From Myxococcales bacterium (GTDB lineage: Bacteria > Myxococcota_A > UBA9042), in the NCBI GenBank assembly GCA_037441385.1, contig JBBISH010000158.1:1-12056 (forward strand): a DNA stretch of 12,056 nucleotides, in the 5' to 3' direction. Of the stretch, positions 1 to 7,433 are shown piece by piece. The notes below the pieces were generated by a model. That model made no database searches and was not told where the DNA came from. It was given only the letters and a program-made list of their open reading frames with translations. Position 1 is the stretch's first letter. Every line of letters begins with the position of its first letter. The position numbers and the translations under genes were made by a program.

Positions 1-144
1 CGCCGCACCCCGCGCCGCACCCCGCGCCGCACCCCGCGCCGCACCCCGCGCCGCACCCTGCGCCGCACTCCGGGCCGCACTCCGCATCGCACGACGCCCC
101 GCATCGCGTGCCGCATGAGACGGCGCACCCGGCGACCCACGATG
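1..144 (+). repeat. 12-bp coding tandem repeat CGCCGCACCCCG, degenerating to the right
   Basis: Four perfect units at 1-48, a one-mismatch unit at 49-60, then increasingly diverged 12-nt units to about 144 that keep a His codon every fourth codon. The array probably continues left of the window. Confidence 0.95.
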
Positions 145-860
145 GCGGCGAGCACACCAAGACTGCCGGGCCGGCTGCGGATCCCGCGGGCCCGCACCTT
201 GGCAGCGACGGCGGCGGACCTGCCGCAGCCGGGCCACATGACGCAGGCGGAATTACGGAATCCCACTTGGGCGACGCCTTGGCGCCGCACGCGTCAGCAT
301 ATGCGGGAGGCCCGGCTGTGGCGTTGGAGCCCAGCCTGACCTCGATGGACGCCTACCGGGCTGCAGCCGGAGTCGCGGCGGGTAGCGTTGGGGCCCCAAC
401 GGGTGGGGCGTCTGTCAACCCGCGGTTGGCCAACGAACTCGACTTGCGTGGCCTGTCGCGGACGCCGTCGGCCATCGCGCCCACCCCGGTGCCCATGGAC
501 GACGCCCACCACGGCACGGAAAGTAGCGGGGGCGAACGCGATCCAACCGGCCTCCACTTGGGCATACCGCAGATTGGGACGCCACAGGTTCACTCGGTTC
601 ACGTTGCGGCGGACGCGCTTGCGGCGCCCCATCTTGCGCCGGTGCCCGAGTTGCCGCACGTACCCGACTTGACGCATGACGGCGACTTGCGACCGACCCC
701 GCTCCCCAGTGGTCACCACAGTTTTGGGCCCATCGATACAGATCTTGACTTTGGCGATCACGATCGCGGGCTCATCGTCGACCACGGCGGCGCTGGACAT
801 GGGGAACACGTTGGCGCGGACCTTGGCAGCGACGATGCACATGACCACCATGGCTTGTGA
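1..860 (+). CDS. Partial (5'-truncated) His/Pro/Gly/Asp-rich low-complexity protein, probably disordered; positional and compositional analogue of IniB/Rv0340-type proteins
   Basis: The frame of the 108..860 ORF is open from position 3: (PHPA)5-PHSG-PHSA-SHDA-PHRV-PHET-AHPA-THDG..., so the GTG at 108 is probably internal. I count 34 His in 285 residues. It ends ...SDDAHDHHGL, TGA 858-860. Third codon positions are mostly G/C. The IniB-like label rests only on composition and position next to an IniC-like gene. Confidence 0.7.
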   Translation, partial: PHPAPHPAPHPAPHPAPHPAPHSGPHSASHDAPHRVPHETAHPATHDGGEHTKTAGPAADPAGPHLGSDGGGPAAAGPHDAGGITESHLGDALAPHASAYAGGPAVALEPSLTSMDAYRAAAGVAAGSVGAPTGGASVNPRLANELDLRGLSRTPSAIAPTPVPMDDAHHGTESSGGERDPTGLHLGIPQIGTPQVHSVHVAADALAAPHLAPVPELPHVPDLTHDGDLRPTPLPSGHHSFGPIDTDLDFGDHDRGLIVDHGGAGHGEHVGADLGSDDAHDHHGL

Positions 861-958
861 GGCAACCTGGATGATCGCTGCTTCTGCGTCGGTCGGTCGT
901 GCGTGGGCGAGCGCGCCCCAGGTTCGCCGCACCGAGCTAGGCGGCGCGAGAGATTGCA

Positions 959-2638
959 ATGCGGTTGGCGTTTACCCTTGACGACTACCAGCGTGCGGTC
1001 GAGTCGTTTGCCCGGCGGCTGCCCGATTTGCTGGCGCGGACGTCCGAAACGGCCGACTTGGCGGTTGATGTCGAGCGCTTGGCCATCGCCGAGACGCTGC
1101 GCGCCCGCTTTACCGTCGCCGTGGTCGGCCAGATGCGTGCTGGCAAATCGACGCTGCTCAACGCCTTGATTGGCCGCGACTTGGCGCCGACCGGCATCAC
1201 CGAGACTACCGCGACGGTCAACTGGTTTCGCTGGGACCCCGGCGAGCGCACGCAGGCGTTTCGCGTGCACTGGGCCGACGGCAGCGAGGCCGACTTCCCG
1301 CTGGCCGCCATCGCCGACTGGTTGCACGCCGGGGCCCACACCGCCACCACGCGGTGGCTCGACTTCTTTAGTTCGTCCGCGTTCTTGCAGACGGCCTTCC
1401 TGGTCGATACACCGGGCACCCGCAGCACTCTGGATCGCCACGAGCAGGCCGCGCACAGTTTTGTCGAGGGCGAGGCCGCCAGCGGTCGGGCCGACGCGAT
1501 CTTGTACGTGGTCAACCCCGTGGCGCGCGAGAGTGACCGCGACCTGCTGGCGCAGTTTGGCGACCTGACGCGGATGGCGGGCGCCAGCGTGCACAACAGC
1601 ATCGCCGTGGTGCAGAAGTGGGAGCACCTGGACCAGGGCCCGTGGCAGTCGGCCGACCCCGAGGCGGAGATTGCCCGCAAGTGCGCCCACATGTTCGAGC
1701 AGCTGCGCACCCAGGTCGCGGCGGTGGTGCCGGCGAGCGGGATGTTGGCGCGCTGTGCGGCGGACCCGGCCAACGGTCCGGCGTGGGAAGTCCTGGCGCG
1801 CATGGCCGCCCAGTGCGACGACGACGATTTCGAGGTGCTGACCGATTCGGAGGACCTGTTCTGTGAAGCAGACGAGGTGTTTGCCGGTGGCGTGCCCAGC
1901 CAGTTGGAGCGGCAGGCAGTGGTGCGGCAGATCCCCTGGCCGGCGGTGCGGCTGAGTCTGCGCGAGGCGCGAAGGCGGCGCCTGGGCGATGCGGCGGCGC
2001 TGCTGGGTCGGGTCCGCGCGCTGAGCGGCATCGACGCGCTGGCGCAGCTGCTGGGCGAGCGCTTCTTGAAGCAGGCGGCGCTCATCAAGGCCAACACCGT
2101 GTTGCGGCGGGCGTGGCTGCCGTGCCAAGTGGCGCTGGCCCGTTTGGGCGCCACGGATCAGCACCTGCGCGACGAACTGGGCCACTGCCAGGCGCTGCGG
2201 CAACGCCTAGCTGCGGTCGCCGATGCACCGCTGCGGGGCGAGCTCGACGTCTTCGTCAGCGCCCGCGAACTCGAGCTGCGCGCCGCCGTCCAGCGGGTCC
2301 GCGAACTGCGGGCCGACCTGGATCAAGTGCGCGAGGAGGCGCTGCGCAACCACGAGGCCCTGGACGGCGACTTGCGGACCATCGGCCTCTTGCTCGAGAC
2401 CCCGGGTCTTTCGCCCGCGGAGCGAGGCATGGCGCTGCAGGTCTGTGGCCGTCAGGGGCACGCCATCGCCAGCCGCCTGGGCCTGCCGGCCGACGCGCCC
2501 ATGGCGGTGCTCGTCGAAACGGCGGAGGAACGACTTGCCTGGGCCCAGGCCCGCAGTGGTCGCGGCGCGCGCCACGGGCCGATCTTTGCCCATATCGCCG
2601 AGCGGCTGGGGCAGATGCTCGAAGCGTTGGAGGCGTAG
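959..2638 (+). CDS. Bacterial dynamin-like GTPase (Dynamin_N domain), IniC-like, 559 aa
   Basis: G1 GQMRAGKST (from 1127), G2 region APTGITETTATVNWFR, G3 DTPG (1406-1417), atypical G4 QKWE (1613-1624). The segments VVPASGMLA and SGIDALAQLLGERFLKQAALIKANTVL resemble mycobacterial IniC as I recall it. Helical/coiled-coil C-terminal half with no clear TM segment. Confidence 0.9.
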   Translation: MRLAFTLDDYQRAVESFARRLPDLLARTSETADLAVDVERLAIAETLRARFTVAVVGQMRAGKSTLLNALIGRDLAPTGITETTATVNWFRWDPGERTQAFRVHWADGSEADFPLAAIADWLHAGAHTATTRWLDFFSSSAFLQTAFLVDTPGTRSTLDRHEQAAHSFVEGEAASGRADAILYVVNPVARESDRDLLAQFGDLTRMAGASVHNSIAVVQKWEHLDQGPWQSADPEAEIARKCAHMFEQLRTQVAAVVPASGMLARCAADPANGPAWEVLARMAAQCDDDDFEVLTDSEDLFCEADEVFAGGVPSQLERQAVVRQIPWPAVRLSLREARRRRLGDAAALLGRVRALSGIDALAQLLGERFLKQAALIKANTVLRRAWLPCQVALARLGATDQHLRDELGHCQALRQRLAAVADAPLRGELDVFVSARELELRAAVQRVRELRADLDQVREEALRNHEALDGDLRTIGLLLETPGLSPAERGMALQVCGRQGHAIASRLGLPADAPMAVLVETAEERLAWAQARSGRGARHGPIFAHIAERLGQMLEALEA

Positions 2639-3730
2639 ATGCCATCGCCCACCGCCCGCATCGCCATCGACTTTGGCACTACCCGCACCAAGGCCGCCTA
2701 CCTGGACCCGCAGACTGGCCGGGCGCGGATGGTAATGCTGGGGCACGGCGTGCCGACGCTGCCGTCGCTGTTCTTCCTGGAGCGTGGCCAGCCGCCGCTG
2801 CTCGGTTACGAGGCCGAGGCCTGGATCGAGCGCGAGCCGGCCGGTGCCGTGCGGGTCCTGAAGCGCCGGCTTCGCGAGGTCCGCGTGCGGGCCGGTCGCA
2901 CCGAGATTTCGCCGACCGAGCTGCTGGGCCTGTTGCTCGCCCGCATCCGGCAGCGGGTGGGCGAGGAGGTCACGGCCTTTGGCGGCGTGATGCCGGACGA
3001 GGTGGTGCTGACCCTGCCGGCGGCGGGCTCGGGCGCTGGGCCCAACGTCGAGAAGGTGATGCACGATGCGGCCAAGGAGGCTGGCTTTGCCAAGGTGACG
3101 CTGGTCTCCGAGCCCGAGGCCGCGGCCCTGGCCTACGTCCGCGACGCTGGCGCCCAGGCCCCGGACCTGCTGGTGGTGCTCGACTGCGGCGGCGGCACGG
3201 TGGACTGGACCTGTCTGCAGCGCCGGGAGGGACGGCTTGTCCCGATGACCGAGTGCCCGCCCGGCGGCGACGACAAGGTGGGTGGCGAGTTCGTCGATGA
3301 CGAGTTGCTTGCCGTAGTGCGGGCGCGCGTGGACCAGAGCGGCGACGAGGCGGCGGCGACGGAGCTGGAGCGGCGGCAAGAGGCGCTGGTCGGCCATCTG
3401 CGCGGGCTGCGCGAGCGGTTCTGCCTGGGCCGCGGTCGGCAAGTGGCGGCGGGCGATGCGCTGCACTTGGGTGGTTTGACGGTGGCCCTGGGTGCCGAGG
3501 AGGTGCGGCTGGTCGTCGAGCGGCGGTTCGTCGACCAGGTGTGCCTGGGCTTTGGCCGGTACTTGGAGAGTGTGCGGCGACATGGGGGTGTGGCGGAACC
3601 GACAGTGTTGTTGGTGGGTGGCGCGGCGCGGATGCTTGGGTTGCGGGAGGCGTTGCAGGAGCGGTGTGGGTGTCGGCCGGTCGGCTGGGAGGAGAGTGAC
3701 TTTGCGCCGGTTTTGGGGGCGGCGGGGGTG
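2639..3730 (+). repeat. Copy 1 of a ~1.09-kb duplicated Hsp70-NBD coding module (paralogue at 5051..6140)
   Basis: Similarity starts exactly at the ATG (ATGCCATCGCC.ACCGCCCGCATCGCCATCGACTTTGGCAC) and ends shortly after CCGGTTTTGGGGGCGGC (PVLGAA). 70 of the first 80 residues are identical by manual count. Confidence 0.95.
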
Positions 3731-4870
3731 GGGGTTGAGGGGCTGAGATCCGCGGAAGACCCGATGCCCAGGGAAGAGGACACGGTTGAGACAGCCAAGC
3801 CGCCGACGCAAAAGGCGTCGGTCGCAGTCGAGGAGCAGCCCGCAACCGACAATCCGGAGGCGCTCGCAAAGGAACCTGTCATCGACGAACGCCTGCCGGA
3901 GATGGTGGCTCTGCGCCAGGTGCCGCCGCAGCACAAGCCGGCAGAGGGCGACGATTCCACCTTGACCGCACGGGCCAGCGAGACGCCAGGCAAGGCCGCA
4001 CCGCGACGGAGATGGATGTGGATCGCCTTGGTCCTCGTGGGCGCAACGCTCCTGGCCCATCAGGCTGGTCGGGTGTTGGCCGAGATCATGGCTAGGGTCA
4101 TCACGCAGGCCGATGCCAGTCAGACGCAATGGGAACGGGAGGTCGAGACTTCGGTGGCTGAGGCGGCTCCAGCAGCGGCGCCGGCGCCGGCAGTGGTGGT
4201 CGATGCGGCCGCAGCGCCCGTCCAGCAACTGGTGCCGACGGCCGATGTGGTCGAGCGGAGCGTGGGGGAGTCGGATGTGACGGTGGTGCCTGCCGAGGCT
4301 GCGGCGCCCCATGGTCCGGTCGAACTGAGCGATGCGCAGAAGGAGGCGGTGAAGCTGGCGAGCTTGGCTGAGAAGGCGAGCACCGCCAAGCTGAGGGTGT
4401 TGTACCTGAAGAAGGCCATCGAGAAGGACCCGGGGGAGCGGCAGTACAAGACGGCGCTTCGCAAGGCCGAGGCAGACCTGGAGGCGCAGACGCCGGTCGT
4501 GGCAAAGCAGGCGCCGGATGTGGCAGGGCCAACGGTGAAGATCAACGGCCACGAGTGGCAACGCGGGGACGCGGAGCGGCGGATGGACTGGACTGAAGCC
4601 AAAGCGTACTGCGCCGAGTTGAACTTGGCGGGTGGCGGCTGGCGGCTGCCGACCTTGGAGGAGTTGAAGGGGCTCATCGACAAAGGCCAGCCGACCTCGC
4701 CGAGCATCGTCACGGCCTTGCGGGCCACGACGCCGTCAGCATTTAGTGGCTACTGGTCCGGCGCGCACGCGTTGTCCGCGCTGGACCAAGCCTGGGGAGT
4801 CGACTTCAGCTGGGGCAACAGCTACTTCTATGACGACTGGCGCAAGAACCGCGTACGGTGCGTACGCTGA
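2639..4870 (+). CDS. Hsp70-family ATPase domain + linker + single TM helix + Ala/Pro/Val stalk + TPR-like helical hairpin + C-terminal Lcl/DUF1566 (C-type lectin fold) domain, 743 aa
   Basis: Hsp70 NBD motifs in order: IAIDFGTTRT (phosphate-1), LKRRL, VVLTLPA, SEPEAAALAY, LDCGGGTVD (phosphate-2), GGEFVDDEL, VLLVGGAARM (adenosine), APVLGAA. No substrate-binding domain follows. TM: PRRR-WMWIALVLVGATLLA (from 4013). TPR-like: YLKKAIEKDPGERQYKTAL. Lcl motifs: WQRG..MDWTEAKAYCAELNLAGGGWRLPTLEELKGL, YWS, AWGVDF..G, VRCVR*. The ATG directly follows the upstream TAG, with GGAGG just before. Confidence 0.92.
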   Translation: MPSPTARIAIDFGTTRTKAAYLDPQTGRARMVMLGHGVPTLPSLFFLERGQPPLLGYEAEAWIEREPAGAVRVLKRRLREVRVRAGRTEISPTELLGLLLARIRQRVGEEVTAFGGVMPDEVVLTLPAAGSGAGPNVEKVMHDAAKEAGFAKVTLVSEPEAAALAYVRDAGAQAPDLLVVLDCGGGTVDWTCLQRREGRLVPMTECPPGGDDKVGGEFVDDELLAVVRARVDQSGDEAAATELERRQEALVGHLRGLRERFCLGRGRQVAAGDALHLGGLTVALGAEEVRLVVERRFVDQVCLGFGRYLESVRRHGGVAEPTVLLVGGAARMLGLREALQERCGCRPVGWEESDFAPVLGAAGVGVEGLRSAEDPMPREEDTVETAKPPTQKASVAVEEQPATDNPEALAKEPVIDERLPEMVALRQVPPQHKPAEGDDSTLTARASETPGKAAPRRRWMWIALVLVGATLLAHQAGRVLAEIMARVITQADASQTQWEREVETSVAEAAPAAAPAPAVVVDAAAAPVQQLVPTADVVERSVGESDVTVVPAEAAAPHGPVELSDAQKEAVKLASLAEKASTAKLRVLYLKKAIEKDPGERQYKTALRKAEADLEAQTPVVAKQAPDVAGPTVKINGHEWQRGDAERRMDWTEAKAYCAELNLAGGGWRLPTLEELKGLIDKGQPTSPSIVTALRATTPSAFSGYWSGAHALSALDQAWGVDFSWGNSYFYDDWRKNRVRCVR

Positions 4871-4888
4871 GCCCCGACGATTCGACAC

Positions 4889-4904
4889 GCTCCGCGAGCG
4901 GAGC
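4889..4904. other. Short GC-rich inverted repeat GCTCCG-CGAG-CGGAGC just downstream of the Lcl-domain gene
   Basis: Perfect 6-bp stem with a 4-nt loop, starting 18 nt after the stop at 4870. No following U-tract, so not a classical intrinsic terminator. Confidence 0.5.
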
Positions 4905-5014
4905 AAACCCAAAAGCATCCTGCTGGCCGGCGATCCGCCGGGATCTCGACCCCTGTCAAGTCGATTTTCCCTGGAACCGGTGGGTAGCAGCAGGCTTTCG
5001 TGCCCGCTCTGCCC

Positions 5015-5043
5015 TTGCCTCGCACCCCAAACCGCAGCACAAT
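5015..5043 (+). promoter_or_regulatory. Putative sigma70-type promoter for a leaderless transcript of Hsp70 copy 2
   Basis: TTGCCT (5015-5020), 17-nt spacer, CACAAT (5038-5043), then 7 nt to the ATG at 5051. There is no Shine-Dalgarno sequence before this ATG. Confidence 0.45.
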
Positions 5044-5050
5044 CCCGGCC

Positions 5051-6140
5051 ATGCCATCGCCAACCGCCCGCATCGCCATCGACTTTGGCACCACCCGCAC
5101 CAAGGCCGCCTACCTGGACCCGCAGACCGGTCGGGCGCGCCTCTTGACCCTTGGGCACGGTACCCCGGCGATGCCGTCGCTGTTCTTCCTGCAGCCCGAC
5201 CAACCGCCGCTGCTGGGCCACGAAGCCGAGGCCTGGATCGAGCGCGAGCCGGCCGGTGCGGTGCGGGTGTTGAAGCGCCGGCTGCGCGAGCGGCAGACCG
5301 CGCCGGTGGCACCCGCATGTCGCCGACCGAGCTGCTGGCCGCCCTCTTGCTCCGCATCCGTGAGCGGGTTGGCGACGAGGTCCCGGCCTTTGCCGGCCAG
5401 GCGCCCGACGAAGTGGTGCTGACGTTGCCAGCCGCGGGTTCGGGCGCCGGGCCGCACGTCGAAAAGGTCCTGCGCGACGCGGCGCACGAGGCCGGCTTTG
5501 CCAAGGTGACCCTCATCTCCGAGCCCGAAGCGGCGGCCCTGGCCTATGCCCGCGAGGTGGGTGAGCAAGCACCGGAGCTGCTGGTTGTCCTCGACTGCGG
5601 CGGGGGCACGGTGGACTGGACCTGCCTGCAACGCCAGGGCGGGCGCCTCGTGCCGATGACCGAGTGCCCGCCCGGCGGCGACGACAAGGTGGGGGGCGAG
5701 TACGTCGACGATGAGCTGCTGGCAGTGGTGCGCGAGCGGGTCGACCAGAGCGGCGATGCGACGGCGATGGCCGACTTGGAGCGGCGGCAAGAGGCGCTGG
5801 TTGGGCATTTGCGCGGGCTGCGCGAGCGGTTCTGCATCGGTCGCGGCCAGCGGGTGGCGACGGGCGACACGCTGCACCTGGGAACGCTGGCGGTGGCGCT
5901 GACACCGGCGGACGTCCAGGCGGTGCTGGGTGAACGCTTCGTCGATCAGGTGTGCCTGGGCTTTGGTCGATACTTGCAGAGCGTGCGGCAGCACAGCGGT
6001 GTCGCAGCCCCCACCGTGCTGCTGGTGGGCGGGGCGGCGCGGATGCTCGGGCTCAGGGAGGCCTTGCAGGAACGCTGCGCGTGCAAGCCGGTGTGGTGGG
6101 AGAATAGTGACTTTGCACCGGTTTTGGGGGCGGCTTGGGT
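5051..6140 (+). repeat. Copy 2 of the duplicated Hsp70-NBD coding module
   Basis: Colinear with 2639..3730, with long identical stretches such as CCGATGACCGAGTGCCCGCCCGGCGGCGACGACAAGGTGGG and GGAGCGGCGGCAAGAGGCGCTGGT. Confidence 0.95.
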
Positions 6141-7281
6141 TGGGCTGGTCGCGGCCGCGGCCGCACAGCGAGAGGCAGGCGAAGCGCCCACACCAGAGAA
6201 GGAGGATGCGGCCCAGGTGCCGGTCGCGACGGCCCACGGGACGGAGCAGGCTGCTGCAGAGGAACCGCGCGAGGTTGCGGGCGAGCCGCCGAACGAGGGT
6301 GAGTCCTTCGCCGACGAGGTGCATCGGGAGCCGCCTGCTCCCGTTGCGCGGCGAGTTGGTCGTCCATGGCTGGTGGCGCTTGGGTTGGTGGGGACCGCAG
6401 CGCTGGGGATGACGGGTTTGATGAAGTGGTCGAAACCGATGGAGCCGCCGCGCGCGTGGGTTGCGCCGGGGCCAGCCCTGGGCCTGGGCGCCGAGCCCCA
6501 AGATGCGAACGGGTCGCCGTCCACGGCGCGGGACTCTGGCACTGGCACCGCGGAGGCGGTGGCGGACCGGGGCGACCGACCGAGCGCCACGGACACCGCC
6601 TTGGCACGACCAGAGCCGTCGGCCCAGCCAGCCGAAACCAAACCGCAACTCGACGCCACGATTTGGGTGGTGCTGCCGGCCAGTCCCGGCGACGGCCGTG
6701 CCTTGCGCGCAATCATGCGACAACCCGTCACGTTCGCCGAGTACGCCGAATGTGCCGGCGCCGGTGCCTGCCCGCCCGCACATTGGGAGGACGACTACTG
6801 CTTTGATTTGAACGGTAAAGTTCGACTTCCGCCCGAGACACGCCTGCCCAAGGCGCCCGCCGTATGCGTCGATTGGGACCAAGCGCGGGCTTGGTGCCGC
6901 TGGGCCGCGGGCAAGTCAGGCGTCGAAGCAAGTCGGGCGTCGCTTCCCGCCGCGTGGGATCTGCTCGACCTGCCGGCAGGCGCCGAGAAACCAGCGGCGG
7001 CAGAGGGCAACTGGATCACTTTCGAATGGGCTGAGGACTGTTGGGGCACGGCCGCCGCGCCGCCCGTGGGCCGCCGTCCTGTTCAAGACTGTGTGTTCGC
7101 CAAGGACGCGCCGTATGGCGAGCTGCCAGGGCGTCGCAAGACCCAAGTCCGGGTCGTTGGCAGTGGCTCGGCCCGCGAGAGCGCGCCCACCAACAGCGCG
7201 AGCAAGGATGTAGGGTTCAGGTGTGCCATTTGGGATCCAGACCTGGAGCCGGCCGGAAAGGGCCGACCGCGGGAGCCGTGA
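5051..7281 (+). pseudogene. Second Hsp70-NBD + TM + FGE-sulfatase (SUMF1/EgtB/PvdO-like, C-type lectin fold) protein, interrupted by a 1-nt frameshift near 5297 (true pseudogene or sequencing error); 743 aa if restored
   Basis: The N-terminus MPSPTARIAIDFGTT...LKRRLRERQ is in the frame of ORF 5000..5422. The rest (RAGGTRMSPTELL...) is in the frame of ORF 4858..7281. Alignment to copy 1 (GAG GTC CGC GTG CGG GCC GGT vs GAG CGG CAG AC- CGC GCC GGT) shows one missing base. TM: RRVGRP-WLVALGLVGTAALGMTGLM (~6367-6423). FGE-like motifs: VTFAEYAECAGAGAC, PAVCVDWDQARAWCRW, GN....EWAEDCW, VGFRCA. Confidence 0.88.
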
Positions 7282-7433
7282 ATGCCGTTGCCGTGTTTCC
7301 GATGCGTACGAGGTGGCGGTCGCTGGCCGTTCGCTACGACCACCGAATCCGCTTGGAGGGGCCTCATGGCGAGTGCAAAAAGCGGCTGGGGGGCAACGGC
7401 TTGCAGGTACCGGACAGAATTCGGAGTGGCATC

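Noticed and set aside
1..144. CRISPR array
   Set aside because: The units are contiguous 12-mers with no unique spacers and keep an open reading frame; this is a coding VNTR.
2639..4870. Calling the Hsp70-like genes dnaK, hscA or hscC
   Set aside because: There is no substrate-binding domain or lid, they have a TM and an ectodomain, and no dnaJ or grpE is in the window.
4931..4959. Minus-strand promoter suggested by a perfect TTGACA (4954-4959, reverse strand)
   Set aside because: There is no -10-like hexamer at the 17-nt spacing (it reads GGATCG) and no credible minus-strand gene downstream.
4858..5296. N-terminal part of the 807-aa ORF 4858..7281 as real protein
   Set aside because: The true N-terminus, nearly identical to copy 1, starts at 5051 in another frame; the extension is a by-product of the frameshift.
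758..6882. Long minus-strand ORFs (758..2203, 2207..4561, 5110..6882, and similarly 10079..11431)
   Set aside because: They are antisense shadows of motif-bearing + strand genes in GC-rich DNA, Arg/Gly/Leu/His-rich with no recognisable domains.
6661..7230. Active formylglycine-generating enzyme
   Set aside because: The domain is shortened and degenerate (RLPTEAEWE and RGGSW motifs are not intact) and no sulfatase is nearby; a binding role is more plausible.
7200..7320. DGR template repeat for the Lcl variable region
   Set aside because: Only about 11 nt match (CGATGCGTACG vs CGGTGCGTACG), upstream bases do not align, there is no AAC-rich tract, and no reverse transcriptase is in the window.
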